DNA of 64,000 bases. It comes from a virus. Positions 1 through 8,600 of the stretch are shown one piece after another (positions within the stretch are counted from its first letter, which is position 1; each line of letters begins with the position of its first letter). Under the pieces are notes generated by a model that saw only the letters and a program-made list of their open reading frames with translations, was not told the origin of the DNA and did no database searches. The position numbers and the translations under genes were made by a program. Where the stretch lies: positions 704 to 64,703 of IMG/VR virus record IMGVR_UViG_3300017978_000368; one strand, written 5' to 3'.

Positions 1-16
1 GTATATTGCACCAACT

Positions 17-86
17 CCCGGACTCTCCGGTGTATCTGACGGCTCCGGGCCGACGTCATGCAGACAGATACGCCTTAACCGCATGA
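17..86 (+). ncRNA. Candidate structured cis-regulatory RNA (three interleaved helices)
   Basis: Pairings 17-22/44-49, 29-38/65-74 (10 bp, one G-U) and 56-61/81-86; the last helix overlaps the start of the SD (GAGGA 85-89) of the gene at 97. Confidence 0.55.
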
Positions 87-96
87 GGAAAAAATC

Positions 97-321
97 ATGG
101 CAAGCACCACCTTCTCTGGCCCAGTCACCTCGACAAACGGCTTCATCGGCGCAGTTACCGGCGCTGTTGCAGGTCCTGTTGCAGCTACCACGCTGACAGC
201 TTCGGGCGTCGCATCGCTGACCAACGCATCCATCTCCATGACCGCACTGCCAACAAGTGATCCTACTGTTGCTGGTCGTCTGTGGAACGACGCAGGCACC
301 CTCAAAGTTTCCGCCGGTTAA
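97..321 (+). CDS. Small virion/head-associated protein
   Basis: GAGGA SD; N-terminal MASTTFSGPV typical of genes that follow the capsid gene in this phage type (recognition only). Confidence 0.75.
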   Translation: MASTTFSGPVTSTNGFIGAVTGAVAGPVAATTLTASGVASLTNASISMTALPTSDPTVAGRLWNDAGTLKVSAG

Positions 322-329
322 TTGATCTC

Positions 330-345
330 GGGGGCTTCGGCCCCT
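330..345 (+). other. UUCG tetraloop hairpin
   Basis: GGGGC-TTCG-GCCCC in the intergenic gap; no U-tract. Confidence 0.6.
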
Positions 346-364
346 GTTCTAAAGGAGATTGATT

Positions 365-643
365 ATGGGTATGCAAACCGACATCAAAGCCGTGTCGTTG
401 GCGGCGTCTGGCACTGCGTTCAACCAGCGCACACGTATTCGTGGCGCTTTGATTGAGCCGGGTGCCAGCGCAGGTTCTGTTGTCTTCAAGGACGGCGGAT
501 CGGGCGGCACGACGATCATGACGATCAACACAACTGCCAACGGCGAGACCTTCTCAATGGTCATTCCGGCCGACGGTATCGTTTTTCAGACCGACGCGTA
601 TGTTGCTCTGACCAACGCCAAGATCACGGTGTTTTATGCCTAA
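365..643 (+). CDS. Putative structural protein (beta-rich)
   Basis: AAGGAG SD before ATG 365; position in head module. Confidence 0.75.
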   Translation: MGMQTDIKAVSLAASGTAFNQRTRIRGALIEPGASAGSVVFKDGGSGGTTIMTINTTANGETFSMVIPADGIVFQTDAYVALTNAKITVFYA

Positions 644-905
644 AGCAGCGCCCAAGAAGAAAGGTCCGTCTCTTGCGGTTGGCCGTGGCGAAAAGCTGCC
701 GGTCTCCAAAGGTGCGGGCTTGACGGCAAAGGGCCGGGCAAAATACAACCGGGAAACCGGCAGTAACCTGAAGGCTCCACAGCCCGAGGGGGGCCCACGT
801 AAAAAGTCTTTCTGCGCACGGATGTCGGGCATGCCCGGCCCGATGAAAGACGAGAGCGGCAAACCCACACGCAAGGCGGCTTCATTGGCCCGATGGAAGT
901 GCTGA
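636..905 (+). CDS. Small basic protein (DUF6321-like)
   Basis: K/R-rich; motifs GAGLTAKGRAKYN, RKKSFCARMSG, terminal RWKC. Confidence 0.7.
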   Translation: MPKAAPKKKGPSLAVGRGEKLPVSKGAGLTAKGRAKYNRETGSNLKAPQPEGGPRKKSFCARMSGMPGPMKDESGKPTRKAASLARWKC

Positions 906-906
906 C

Positions 907-1110
907 ATGACGCAGAACCACGACACCGTAAAGAACACGCTGGACATTCTTTCTGTGTTTGCAACCATTGGGTCCTTTTTGCAAATGCTGACCCCTGTGT
1001 TTGGTCTGATTGGTGCAGTCTGGACGTTGATGCGTATTGCAGAAATGGTCACCGGCAAACCTTTCGCGGAGATCATCCGCCGGAAGAAGCCCGATGCCGG
1101 GCAAGAGTAA
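907..1110 (+). CDS. Small membrane protein (possible holin-like)
   Basis: Hydrophobic core followed by basic C-terminus. Confidence 0.6.
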   Translation: MTQNHDTVKNTLDILSVFATIGSFLQMLTPVFGLIGAVWTLMRIAEMVTGKPFAEIIRRKKPDAGQE

Positions 1111-1157
1111 ACAGTTTTCAACAGCGGTTGAACCCGCATTTTCAAAGGTGGTACACC

Positions 1158-1349
1158 ATGGCTACAAAAATGAACCCCGCTTTCAAAGCAATGATCGAGA
1201 AGAACAAAGCAGGCGGTAAGGCCGCAGGCAAGCCTGCCAAGATGGCCAAGATGGCAAGCGGCGGCATGACCCGCGCTGATGGTTGTGTGTCCAAGGGCCA
1301 CACCAAGGGCAAGATGGTCAAGATGGCTGGCGGCGGCAAAGCCTGCTGA
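1158..1349 (+). CDS. Small basic protein with MAxGG motifs
   Basis: Lys/Ala/Gly/Met-rich; KMASGG and KMAGGG. Confidence 0.65.
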   Translation: MATKMNPAFKAMIEKNKAGGKAAGKPAKMAKMASGGMTRADGCVSKGHTKGKMVKMAGGGKAC

Positions 1350-1355
1350 TCTGAC

Positions 1356-1589
1356 ATGATGGCCAGTCGCGGTATGGGGGCGATCGCCCCCTCCAAGATG
1401 CCCAAGGGCGTCCGCAAGGCTCGCCGGGATGACACTGACTTCACGCAGTACGCTGAAGGCGGCAAGGTGGGGCTTTACGCCAACATCAACGCCAAGCGTG
1501 CTCGTGGGGCCAAGATGCGCAAGCCGGGGCAAAAAGGTGCTCCGACCGCGCAGGCGTTCATCGACTCGGCCAAAACAGCAAAGAAGTAA
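1356..1589 (+). CDS. Small basic protein
   Basis: Basic; contains YAEGG motif; tightly packed operon. Confidence 0.65.
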   Translation: MMASRGMGAIAPSKMPKGVRKARRDDTDFTQYAEGGKVGLYANINAKRARGAKMRKPGQKGAPTAQAFIDSAKTAKK

Positions 1590-1592
1590 ACC

Positions 1593-2291
1593 ATGGCAAC
1601 ATCCGGCGTAGCAAACTTCAACCTCGACTTGACTGAGATCGTTGAGGAGGCGTTCGAGCGCGTCGGTGGTGAGATGCGTACAGGCTACGACCTGCGCACG
1701 GCTCGCCGGTCACTGAACTTGATGTTCGCTGACTGGGCCAACCGTGGCATCAACATGTGGACCTTCGAGCAGGGCTCGATCCCGTTGGTGGCAGGCACGG
1801 CCACGTACGATCTTCCGGCCGACACAGTCGATTTGCTGGAGCACGTCATCCGCACGGGCGCGGGCAGCGCAGCCACACAGGCAGACCTGACCATTACGCG
1901 TATCAGCGTTTCTACCTACGCCACGATCCCCAACAAGCTGCAGCAAGCCCGACCCATCCAAGTCTGGATCGAGCGCTTGAACACACCGCGCATCACCGTG
2001 TGGCCCATCCCAGACAACAGCCAGCCGTACACCTTCGTGTACTGGCGCTTGAAGCGCATCCAGAATGCGGGCGATGGCATCAACACCATGGACATGCCTT
2101 TCCGGTTCATCCCCTGCATGGTGGCGGGCTTGGCCTACTACTTGGCGCTGAAGGTGCCCGGTGGCACAGAGCGTTTGGTGATTCTCAAGCAGCAGTACGA
2201 CGAAGCATGGGATTTGGCCAGCGCCGAAGATCGCGAAAAGGCAGCGGTACGTTTTGTGCCCCGCCGCCAGTACATTGGAAGCGGTACCTAA
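1593..2291 (+). CDS. Head-tail adaptor / head-completion protein
   Basis: DLTEIVEEAFER...ARRSLNLMFADWANRG pattern typical of podovirus adaptors; synteny. Confidence 0.7.
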   Translation: MATSGVANFNLDLTEIVEEAFERVGGEMRTGYDLRTARRSLNLMFADWANRGINMWTFEQGSIPLVAGTATYDLPADTVDLLEHVIRTGAGSAATQADLTITRISVSTYATIPNKLQQARPIQVWIERLNTPRITVWPIPDNSQPYTFVYWRLKRIQNAGDGINTMDMPFRFIPCMVAGLAYYLALKVPGGTERLVILKQQYDEAWDLASAEDREKAAVRFVPRRQYIGSGT

Positions 2292-2681
2292 ATGGGTAAC
2301 CGGTTTGCCAGCGCCAAGAACTCGATCGCCCAGTGCGATCGTTGTGGTTTCCGCTTCAAGCTCACGTCGCTGCGCAAGGAAATCATCAAGACCAAGACCT
2401 ACAACCTCTTGGTCTGCGACTCGTGCTGGGACCCAGATCAGCCGCAGTTGCAGTTGGGCATGTACCCAGTGGACGACCCTCAAGCCGTGCGCAACCCCCG
2501 CAGGGACACAACGTACGTGACGGCCGGACCCAACGTAGCGGGTTTTCCAACAGGCGGCAGCCGTGACATCCAGTGGGGCTGGGCCCCGGTGGGCGGGTCT
2601 CGATTTTTTGACGACGGCTTGACCCCTAACACCTTGGTGTTGACTGGAGCAGTCGGCCAAGTGACAATCTCAACATCTTAA
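2292..2681 (+). CDS. Conserved Zn-ribbon-like morphogenesis-region protein
   Basis: CDRC...CDSC pairs; DPQAVRNPR motif. Confidence 0.65.
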   Translation: MGNRFASAKNSIAQCDRCGFRFKLTSLRKEIIKTKTYNLLVCDSCWDPDQPQLQLGMYPVDDPQAVRNPRRDTTYVTAGPNVAGFPTGGSRDIQWGWAPVGGSRFFDDGLTPNTLVLTGAVGQVTISTS

Positions 2682-2691
2682 GGAGTTCATC

Positions 2692-2844
2692 ATGGACGCA
2701 AAGAAAGCAGTTCGCAAGCACGAAGCCAACATGCACCCCGGTGCAAAACCCACGAAGCTCCGCGCTGGTGGCAAGACCAACAGCGACATGCTGAAAATGG
2801 GCCGTAACTTGGCCAAGGTCGCCAATCAAAAAGCCAAGGGGTAA
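2692..2844 (+). CDS. 50-aa basic protein (not in ORF track)
   Basis: AAGGAG SD; MDAKKAVRKHEANMHPGAKPTKLRAGGKTNSDMLKMGRNLAKVANQKAKG. Confidence 0.7.
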   Translation: MDAKKAVRKHEANMHPGAKPTKLRAGGKTNSDMLKMGRNLAKVANQKAKG

Positions 2845-2846
2845 TC

Positions 2847-3050
2847 ATGGCAACGTCCTCAAAAACCAAAGCCGCCCCTAAACAGGCGGTGCTGCCCAAG
2901 GTCAACGCCATGAAACACATGGGGGACACCGACGTGTCCGTGGCCAACAACCACAGCAACGAGTACCCGGGCACCAAGACCTCCGGCATCAAAATCCGTG
3001 GCACTGGCGCAGCCACAAAAGGCGTGATGGCTCGCGGCCCAATGGCCTGA
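2847..3050 (+). CDS. Small basic protein (RGTGAATKG family)
   Basis: C-terminal KIRGTGAATKG motif; operon spacing. Confidence 0.7.
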   Translation: MATSSKTKAAPKQAVLPKVNAMKHMGDTDVSVANNHSNEYPGTKTSGIKIRGTGAATKGVMARGPMA

Positions 3051-3057
3051 TACGAAC

Positions 3058-3738
3058 ATGAACTACACCCAGTTGACCGCTGCGATCTGCGATTACACGC
3101 AGAACTTCGACCAAGACTTTGTTTCCAACATCCCAGTGTTCGTGAAGCAGGCGGAGCAGCGCATCTTCAACACGGTGCAGTTTCCGTCGATTCGCAAAAA
3201 CGTGACGGGCGTGACCTCGACAAACAACAAGTACCTGTCGTGCCCGGGCGACTTCTTGGCGGTGTATTCGCTGGCCGTGATTGACGCAACGGGCAACTAC
3301 GAGTTCTTGCTGAACAAGGATGTGAACTTCATCCGGCAGGCGTACCCCAACCCGACATCGACGGCGATCCCCAAGTACTACGCCTTGTTTGGCCCGACAA
3401 CGACCAGCGACGCGACGCCGCTCATCACGGATGAGCTGACGTTTATTCTTGGCCCGACCCCCGACGCGGTGTACAACGTCGAGCTGCATTATTACTACTA
3501 CCCTGAGTCGATCACAGTGGCCGCAGATGGCCAGACGTGGTTGGGTGACAATTTCGACTCCGTGTTGCTGTACGGCTCACTGGTCGAGGCTGTCACGTTC
3601 ATGAAGGGTGAAGCGGACATGGTTGCGCTCTACGACGGCAAGTACAAAGAAGCACTGGGCATGGCAAAACGTCTGGGCGATGGTATGGAGCGTCAGGACG
3701 CGTACCGTTCTGGCCAGTACAGACAACCGGTGAACTGA
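3058..3738 (+). CDS. Tail adaptor / tail tubular-like protein
   Basis: MNYTQLTAAI...FVKQAEQRI...LLYGSLVEA pattern; synteny. Confidence 0.65.
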   Translation: MNYTQLTAAICDYTQNFDQDFVSNIPVFVKQAEQRIFNTVQFPSIRKNVTGVTSTNNKYLSCPGDFLAVYSLAVIDATGNYEFLLNKDVNFIRQAYPNPTSTAIPKYYALFGPTTTSDATPLITDELTFILGPTPDAVYNVELHYYYYPESITVAADGQTWLGDNFDSVLLYGSLVEAVTFMKGEADMVALYDGKYKEALGMAKRLGDGMERQDAYRSGQYRQPVN

Positions 3739-3739
3739 T

Positions 3740-4147
3740 ATGGCGTTTGACCAAACTCTCACCACGCAGGCCAAGCTGGTTGCCCTGCAGGCTTTGGCCA
3801 CTGGCACGCTCAAAATGGCGCTGTACACGGCCAACGCAGACCTCAACGCAGGCACGCTGGTGTACTCCACGTCCAACGAAGTTGTGGGCACAGGCTACAC
3901 CGCTGGCGGTAACACGCTGACCAACGTGACGGTGTTGACCTCGGGCACAACCGCATACCTCGACTTTGACAACGTGGTTTGGAACCCCGCCAACTTCACG
4001 GCTCGCGGTGCGCTCATCTACAATACAAGCCTTGGCAACCTCGCTGTGGCGGTGTTGGACTTTGGGTCGGATAAAACGACCACCACAACATTCACCGTGC
4101 AGACACCGGCCAATACGGCTGACGCTGCGCTCATCCGTTTCGCATAA
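3740..4147 (+). CDS. Tail/fibre-attachment structural protein
   Basis: LKMALYT...GYTAGG...ARGALIYN...AVLDFG pattern common in tail modules. Confidence 0.65.
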   Translation: MAFDQTLTTQAKLVALQALATGTLKMALYTANADLNAGTLVYSTSNEVVGTGYTAGGNTLTNVTVLTSGTTAYLDFDNVVWNPANFTARGALIYNTSLGNLAVAVLDFGSDKTTTTTFTVQTPANTADAALIRFA

Positions 4148-4157
4148 GGGGTTTGAG

Positions 4158-4736
4158 ATGTTCAACGAAAAAGCGCATTCCGGCGACGCTGCAGCTGCAG
4201 GTTTGGTTGCAAAAACAGGTTTTGGCTCCGCTGCTCAGGGCGGCGGTGTGTTCCACGTTCAGTGCCTCGACAAAGACGGCAATCTGAAGTGGGAAGACAG
4301 TATGCACAACCTTGTGGTGAATCAGGGCCTGCAGGACATGAACACCCAGTACTTCAAGGGCTCAACCTACACGGCCGCGTTCTACCTCGGCTTGGTGCTC
4401 GGCCCCGGTTCCGGCACTGCGTATGCTGCGGCCGATACACTGGCTTCTCACGCAGGCTGGACCGAGTACACCGACTATTCCGGTTCTCGCAAAGCCGTCG
4501 CGTTTGGCACAGCCACAACGGCCGACCCGTCCGTTATCAGTAACAGTGCTTCCCCAGCACAGTTCAGCATTACTGGCGCTGGCGGCGTAGTCGCTGGTGC
4601 GTTCCTGTGCACAGTGGCCAGCGGCACTTCGGGCGTGTTGTTCTCTGAAGCTGACTTCCAGTCCCCCGGCGACCGTACCGTCGTGTCGGGCGACACCCTG
4701 AACGTCACCTACACGTTCAGCCTCGACGCAGCGTAA
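4158..4736 (+). CDS. Tail structural protein
   Basis: NLVVNQG motif, beta-rich; ATG 4158 preferred over upstream in-frame start. Confidence 0.65.
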   Translation: MFNEKAHSGDAAAAGLVAKTGFGSAAQGGGVFHVQCLDKDGNLKWEDSMHNLVVNQGLQDMNTQYFKGSTYTAAFYLGLVLGPGSGTAYAAADTLASHAGWTEYTDYSGSRKAVAFGTATTADPSVISNSASPAQFSITGAGGVVAGAFLCTVASGTSGVLFSEADFQSPGDRTVVSGDTLNVTYTFSLDAA

Positions 4737-4748
4737 TAGGCGGGGCCT

Positions 4749-5669
4749 GTGTTTGCAGGTAGCGCTTTTTCAGCAGCCCCTTTTTCAGCCACAGCTGGAG
4801 GGGTTGTTTTTGATGCGGCTGTTTTAGCTGCAGCAACCGCTACCGATTTTGAGTCAGCCACGTCCGTTGACTTTGCCGTTTTACATTCCGCAACTGCTAC
4901 TGGCAGTGACACGGCGTCAGTCGCCGCTTCTGTTTTCAACGCCGTAGCCCAAGACACCGCGCAAGGTGCGGACACGTTTGCGGCACTTGCAGACTTTGCG
5001 GTACTGGTTGAGGAACTCACCAATGGTGCAGACACCATTTCGTCGTTGGTTGACTTTGATGCAGCTGTTAGCGAGCGGTCAAACGCGGTAGATCGAGCGG
5101 TTGCGCGGGTAGATTTTGCAAGCAGCCTTTCGTCGGCGGCCACAGGCCGAGACGTCGTTTCCGCCGCTGCCACATTCCCAGTCAGTCTTGTGGACGAGGC
5201 CGCAGGCAGCGAGACACTTGCTCCAACAACCACCTACAACATATCCATGAGCGAGGGCGCTGCAGGGTCTGAAACCGTGGCCGCGCAGGTGGACTGGGCT
5301 GTTTTCATTGACGAGTTCTTGGCCGCGCAGGACAGCACGGTGGTGGCCCCTTCCGTTTTTAACGCGCCTGTTTCCGAGACCGTTGCAGCAGCGGATTCCG
5401 TCTTGGCGTTTGCGGTCTTTTTTGCTACGATGACCGACGGGGCTGTGGCTGTGGATCAGATCACAGCGCGGTTGCTCTGGGAGATAATCAATGACGCGCA
5501 GAACGCTGATTGGGCGCAACTGGGCGATTCACAGGCCGCGTCGTGGGGGACCATTGAAAATGCGCAGGTTTCTAACTGGGCGACAGCAGCCGATGCACAG
5601 AACCCCGGTTGGAACACACTTAACACCGCGCAGCCCAACTCTTGGGTTGTAATAAAAACACAATCGTGA
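4749..5669 (+). CDS. Ala/Asp-rich virion protein (fibre-associated)
   Basis: MFAGSAFSAAPFS N-terminus; low-complexity repeats; GTG start. Confidence 0.6.
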   Translation: MFAGSAFSAAPFSATAGGVVFDAAVLAAATATDFESATSVDFAVLHSATATGSDTASVAASVFNAVAQDTAQGADTFAALADFAVLVEELTNGADTISSLVDFDAAVSERSNAVDRAVARVDFASSLSSAATGRDVVSAAATFPVSLVDEAAGSETLAPTTTYNISMSEGAAGSETVAAQVDWAVFIDEFLAAQDSTVVAPSVFNAPVSETVAAADSVLAFAVFFATMTDGAVAVDQITARLLWEIINDAQNADWAQLGDSQAASWGTIENAQVSNWATAADAQNPGWNTLNTAQPNSWVVIKTQS

Positions 5670-5676
5670 GTAACGT

Positions 5677-8600
5677 ATGGCACTGACTGTCAAAGACCGG
5701 GTAAAAGAAAGCTCCACAACGACCGGAACGGCCGACTTTGTGCTGGGCGGCGCTGCCGCAGGGTTTCAAACTTTTGCCGTGATTGGCAACACCAACACCA
5801 CGTATTACGCCGCTGTCGATCAAGCCACTGGTGACTGGGAAGTGGGCGTGGGTACCTACTCCTCGACCGGCCCAACCTTGACCCGTGACACGGTGCTGGA
5901 GTCCAGCAACTCCGGCAGCAAGGTGAACTTTGCCGCAGGCTCCAAGGACGTGTTCTGTACCTACCCGGCAGAGCGCTCGGTGTATCTGGACGCAGCGGGT
6001 TCAGCGGTATCCGTGTTGGACATCGGCACGTTGGGCGCAAGCACCGCCAACATCACCACAGCCAACATCACGGCTGGCACGTTGACAACAACCCCGACCA
6101 GCGGGAACGACATCACCAACAAGACCTACGTGGACACCTTGGTGGCCTCGGGCATCCACTTTCATCAGCCTGTGCGGGTTGAGTCTCCCATCAACCTGAA
6201 CGCGACATACAACAACGGCACATCCGGTGTGGGCGCAACGCTGACCAACGCTGGAACCCAAGCGGCGCTGGAGGTTGACGGCATCACTGTTGCGGTCAAC
6301 GACCGCGTGTTGGTGTATGAGCAAACCACTCAGACGCAGAACGGTATCTATGTCGTCACCGACGTGGGTTCTGGCTCGACCAACTGGGTCCTGACCCGAT
6401 CCAGCGATGCGGACACGTACGTCATCAACAGCGCAGCGGGATTGAGCGAAGGCTCTACTGTTTTTGTGCAACAAGGCGCGACAGGCGCAGGCGAGACCTA
6501 CACCTGCAACACAAGCGGCGTCATCACGTTTGGCACGACCAACATCACGTTTGCGCAGATTTCTTCTGCGCAGATTTACTCGGCCGGTACTGGCCTGACG
6601 CTCAGCGGCACGCAGTTCAGTATCACGAACACAGGCACAGCGGGTACGTACGGCGGCGCAGGCACTGTCCCCATCATCACGACCAACGCACAGGGGCAGG
6701 TAACTTCCGTCACCCCTACGGCCATCGCCATCGCTGCGGCAGCCGTATCCGGCCTTGCTCCATCGGCAACCACGGACACCACCAATGCAGCAAACATCAC
6801 ATCGGGCACGCTCCCTGTTGCGCGTCTTAACGGCTCGTACACTGGCATCACTGGAGTTGGTACTCTCGCTGCTGGTACTTGGAACGGCAGCACTATTGCT
6901 GCTGCTTACGGTGGCACTGGCCAGTCTTCTTATGCTGTTGGCGACATTCTGTATGCGGGCACAACAACGTCTCTCACAAAGCTCGCGGGTGTAGCCACAG
7001 GCAATGCGTTAATTTCTGGCGGCGTGGGCACTGCGCCAGCTTGGGGCAAGATCGGCCTGCAAACGCACATCAGCGGCACGCTACAGATTGTCAACGGTGG
7101 CACAGGCGCAACAGACGCGGCAACTGCTCGGGCAAACCTTGGCGCTGGTACAGGCAATGGCTCGGTCACTTCGGTGGCCGCAGGCTCCTACCTGACTGGC
7201 GGCACGATCACAACGAGCGGCACACTGGCCGTTGATGCCACCACAACAAACACAGCGGGCAAGGTCGTCGCACGAGACGGCTCGGGCAACTTCAGCGCAG
7301 GCACCGTTACGGCCAACTTGACTGGTAACGTCACGGGTAACGTCACGGGTAACGTCACTGGCTCTTCTGGCTCCACTACCGGCAACGCCGCAACAGCCAC
7401 AGCACTGTCCAGCGGCCAATCGAACTGGAGCGGCACGGGTGTTCTTGGTAACGTCGTCGGTTTGATGGCTTGGAAGAACTACGGCAACAGCCACGTCATC
7501 TTTGATGCGTCCAACAGCACAACACCAAGCGGAACGGCTTGCAATAACACCAATCCGCAGAACAACTGGGCGGGGTCATACCCAACACTGATGGGCTGGA
7601 ATGGCGCAAACACTTACGGCGTTCGCGTGGACTCTGCTCGGGTTGCAGATAGCGCAGGCTCTACCTCCTCAGTAAGCGCCACTACGTCAACAGGAATTCA
7701 GTCCAGCTTTGTAACAACCATCAATACCACGACCCCCGGTCTGGCAACTTACGGTATTGCTTTTTCGGGGTCTAGTGCTGCGGATAACGCGCAGGGCATT
7801 ACATGGGGCTGGTCAGGAACCAGTGCGCAGGCAGGCATTTATGTTCAGTCATCTGGTGCGTACGGCACCAAGATGTATTTTGGAACGACGGACTCGTTTG
7901 CAACAGGTTCAAAGACTTCGATGTCGATCGACCACAACGGTATTATTCAAGTTCCAAGAAACTACCTGCAGTCGGACTCTTCTCTACGCGCCCCCATCTT
8001 CTACGACAGCAACAACACCGGGTACTACGTTGACCCGACTGCTGCAACGTCGGCTGTATTTGGGGGCTCAGTTGACGCGAGAACCTACAACTACGCTGGA
8101 GTGTTGTTAAACGCCAGCGGTACAGGCTCGGCCGGATCAGCCATCGGAATGCAGCAAGTAACTGCGGAAGGGTGGACTGGCCTTTTCGTAGACTATGAAC
8201 CAAACGCGGGTTGGGGTTTATATCACGATAACCCAAACAACTATTTCTGTATCACTGCTGAAAGCACCACCGGAAATTTCCGCAGCTTCACCGTGCCAAG
8301 CCGCTATTCCGGGAACCGTACAGCGTACGAAAAAATCAGGTTTGACCAAAACAATGGTGATATTATTTCTGGTGGAATTTCGTACGCGTACGGGTCAATG
8401 CGTTCGCCAATTTTTTACGACTACAACGACACCGGGTACTACCTTGACCCTGCGAGCGCATCCAACTTAAACCGGCTGGTGATTCAACCACGCATTGACA
8501 ACTACTATGTGGGCAACGTGTCCAGTACTGACCCCGTAGCAGATTGGCAATCGCTAACCAATACCACTGGGCAGTTTATTGTTTCGCAGTTTAACTACAC

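Noticed and set aside
1094-1219. Short ORF MPGKSKQFSTAVEPAFSKVV..., possibly a decayed small basic gene
   Set aside because: Resemblance is from memory only; it overlaps the better-supported 1158 ORF and has no clear SD
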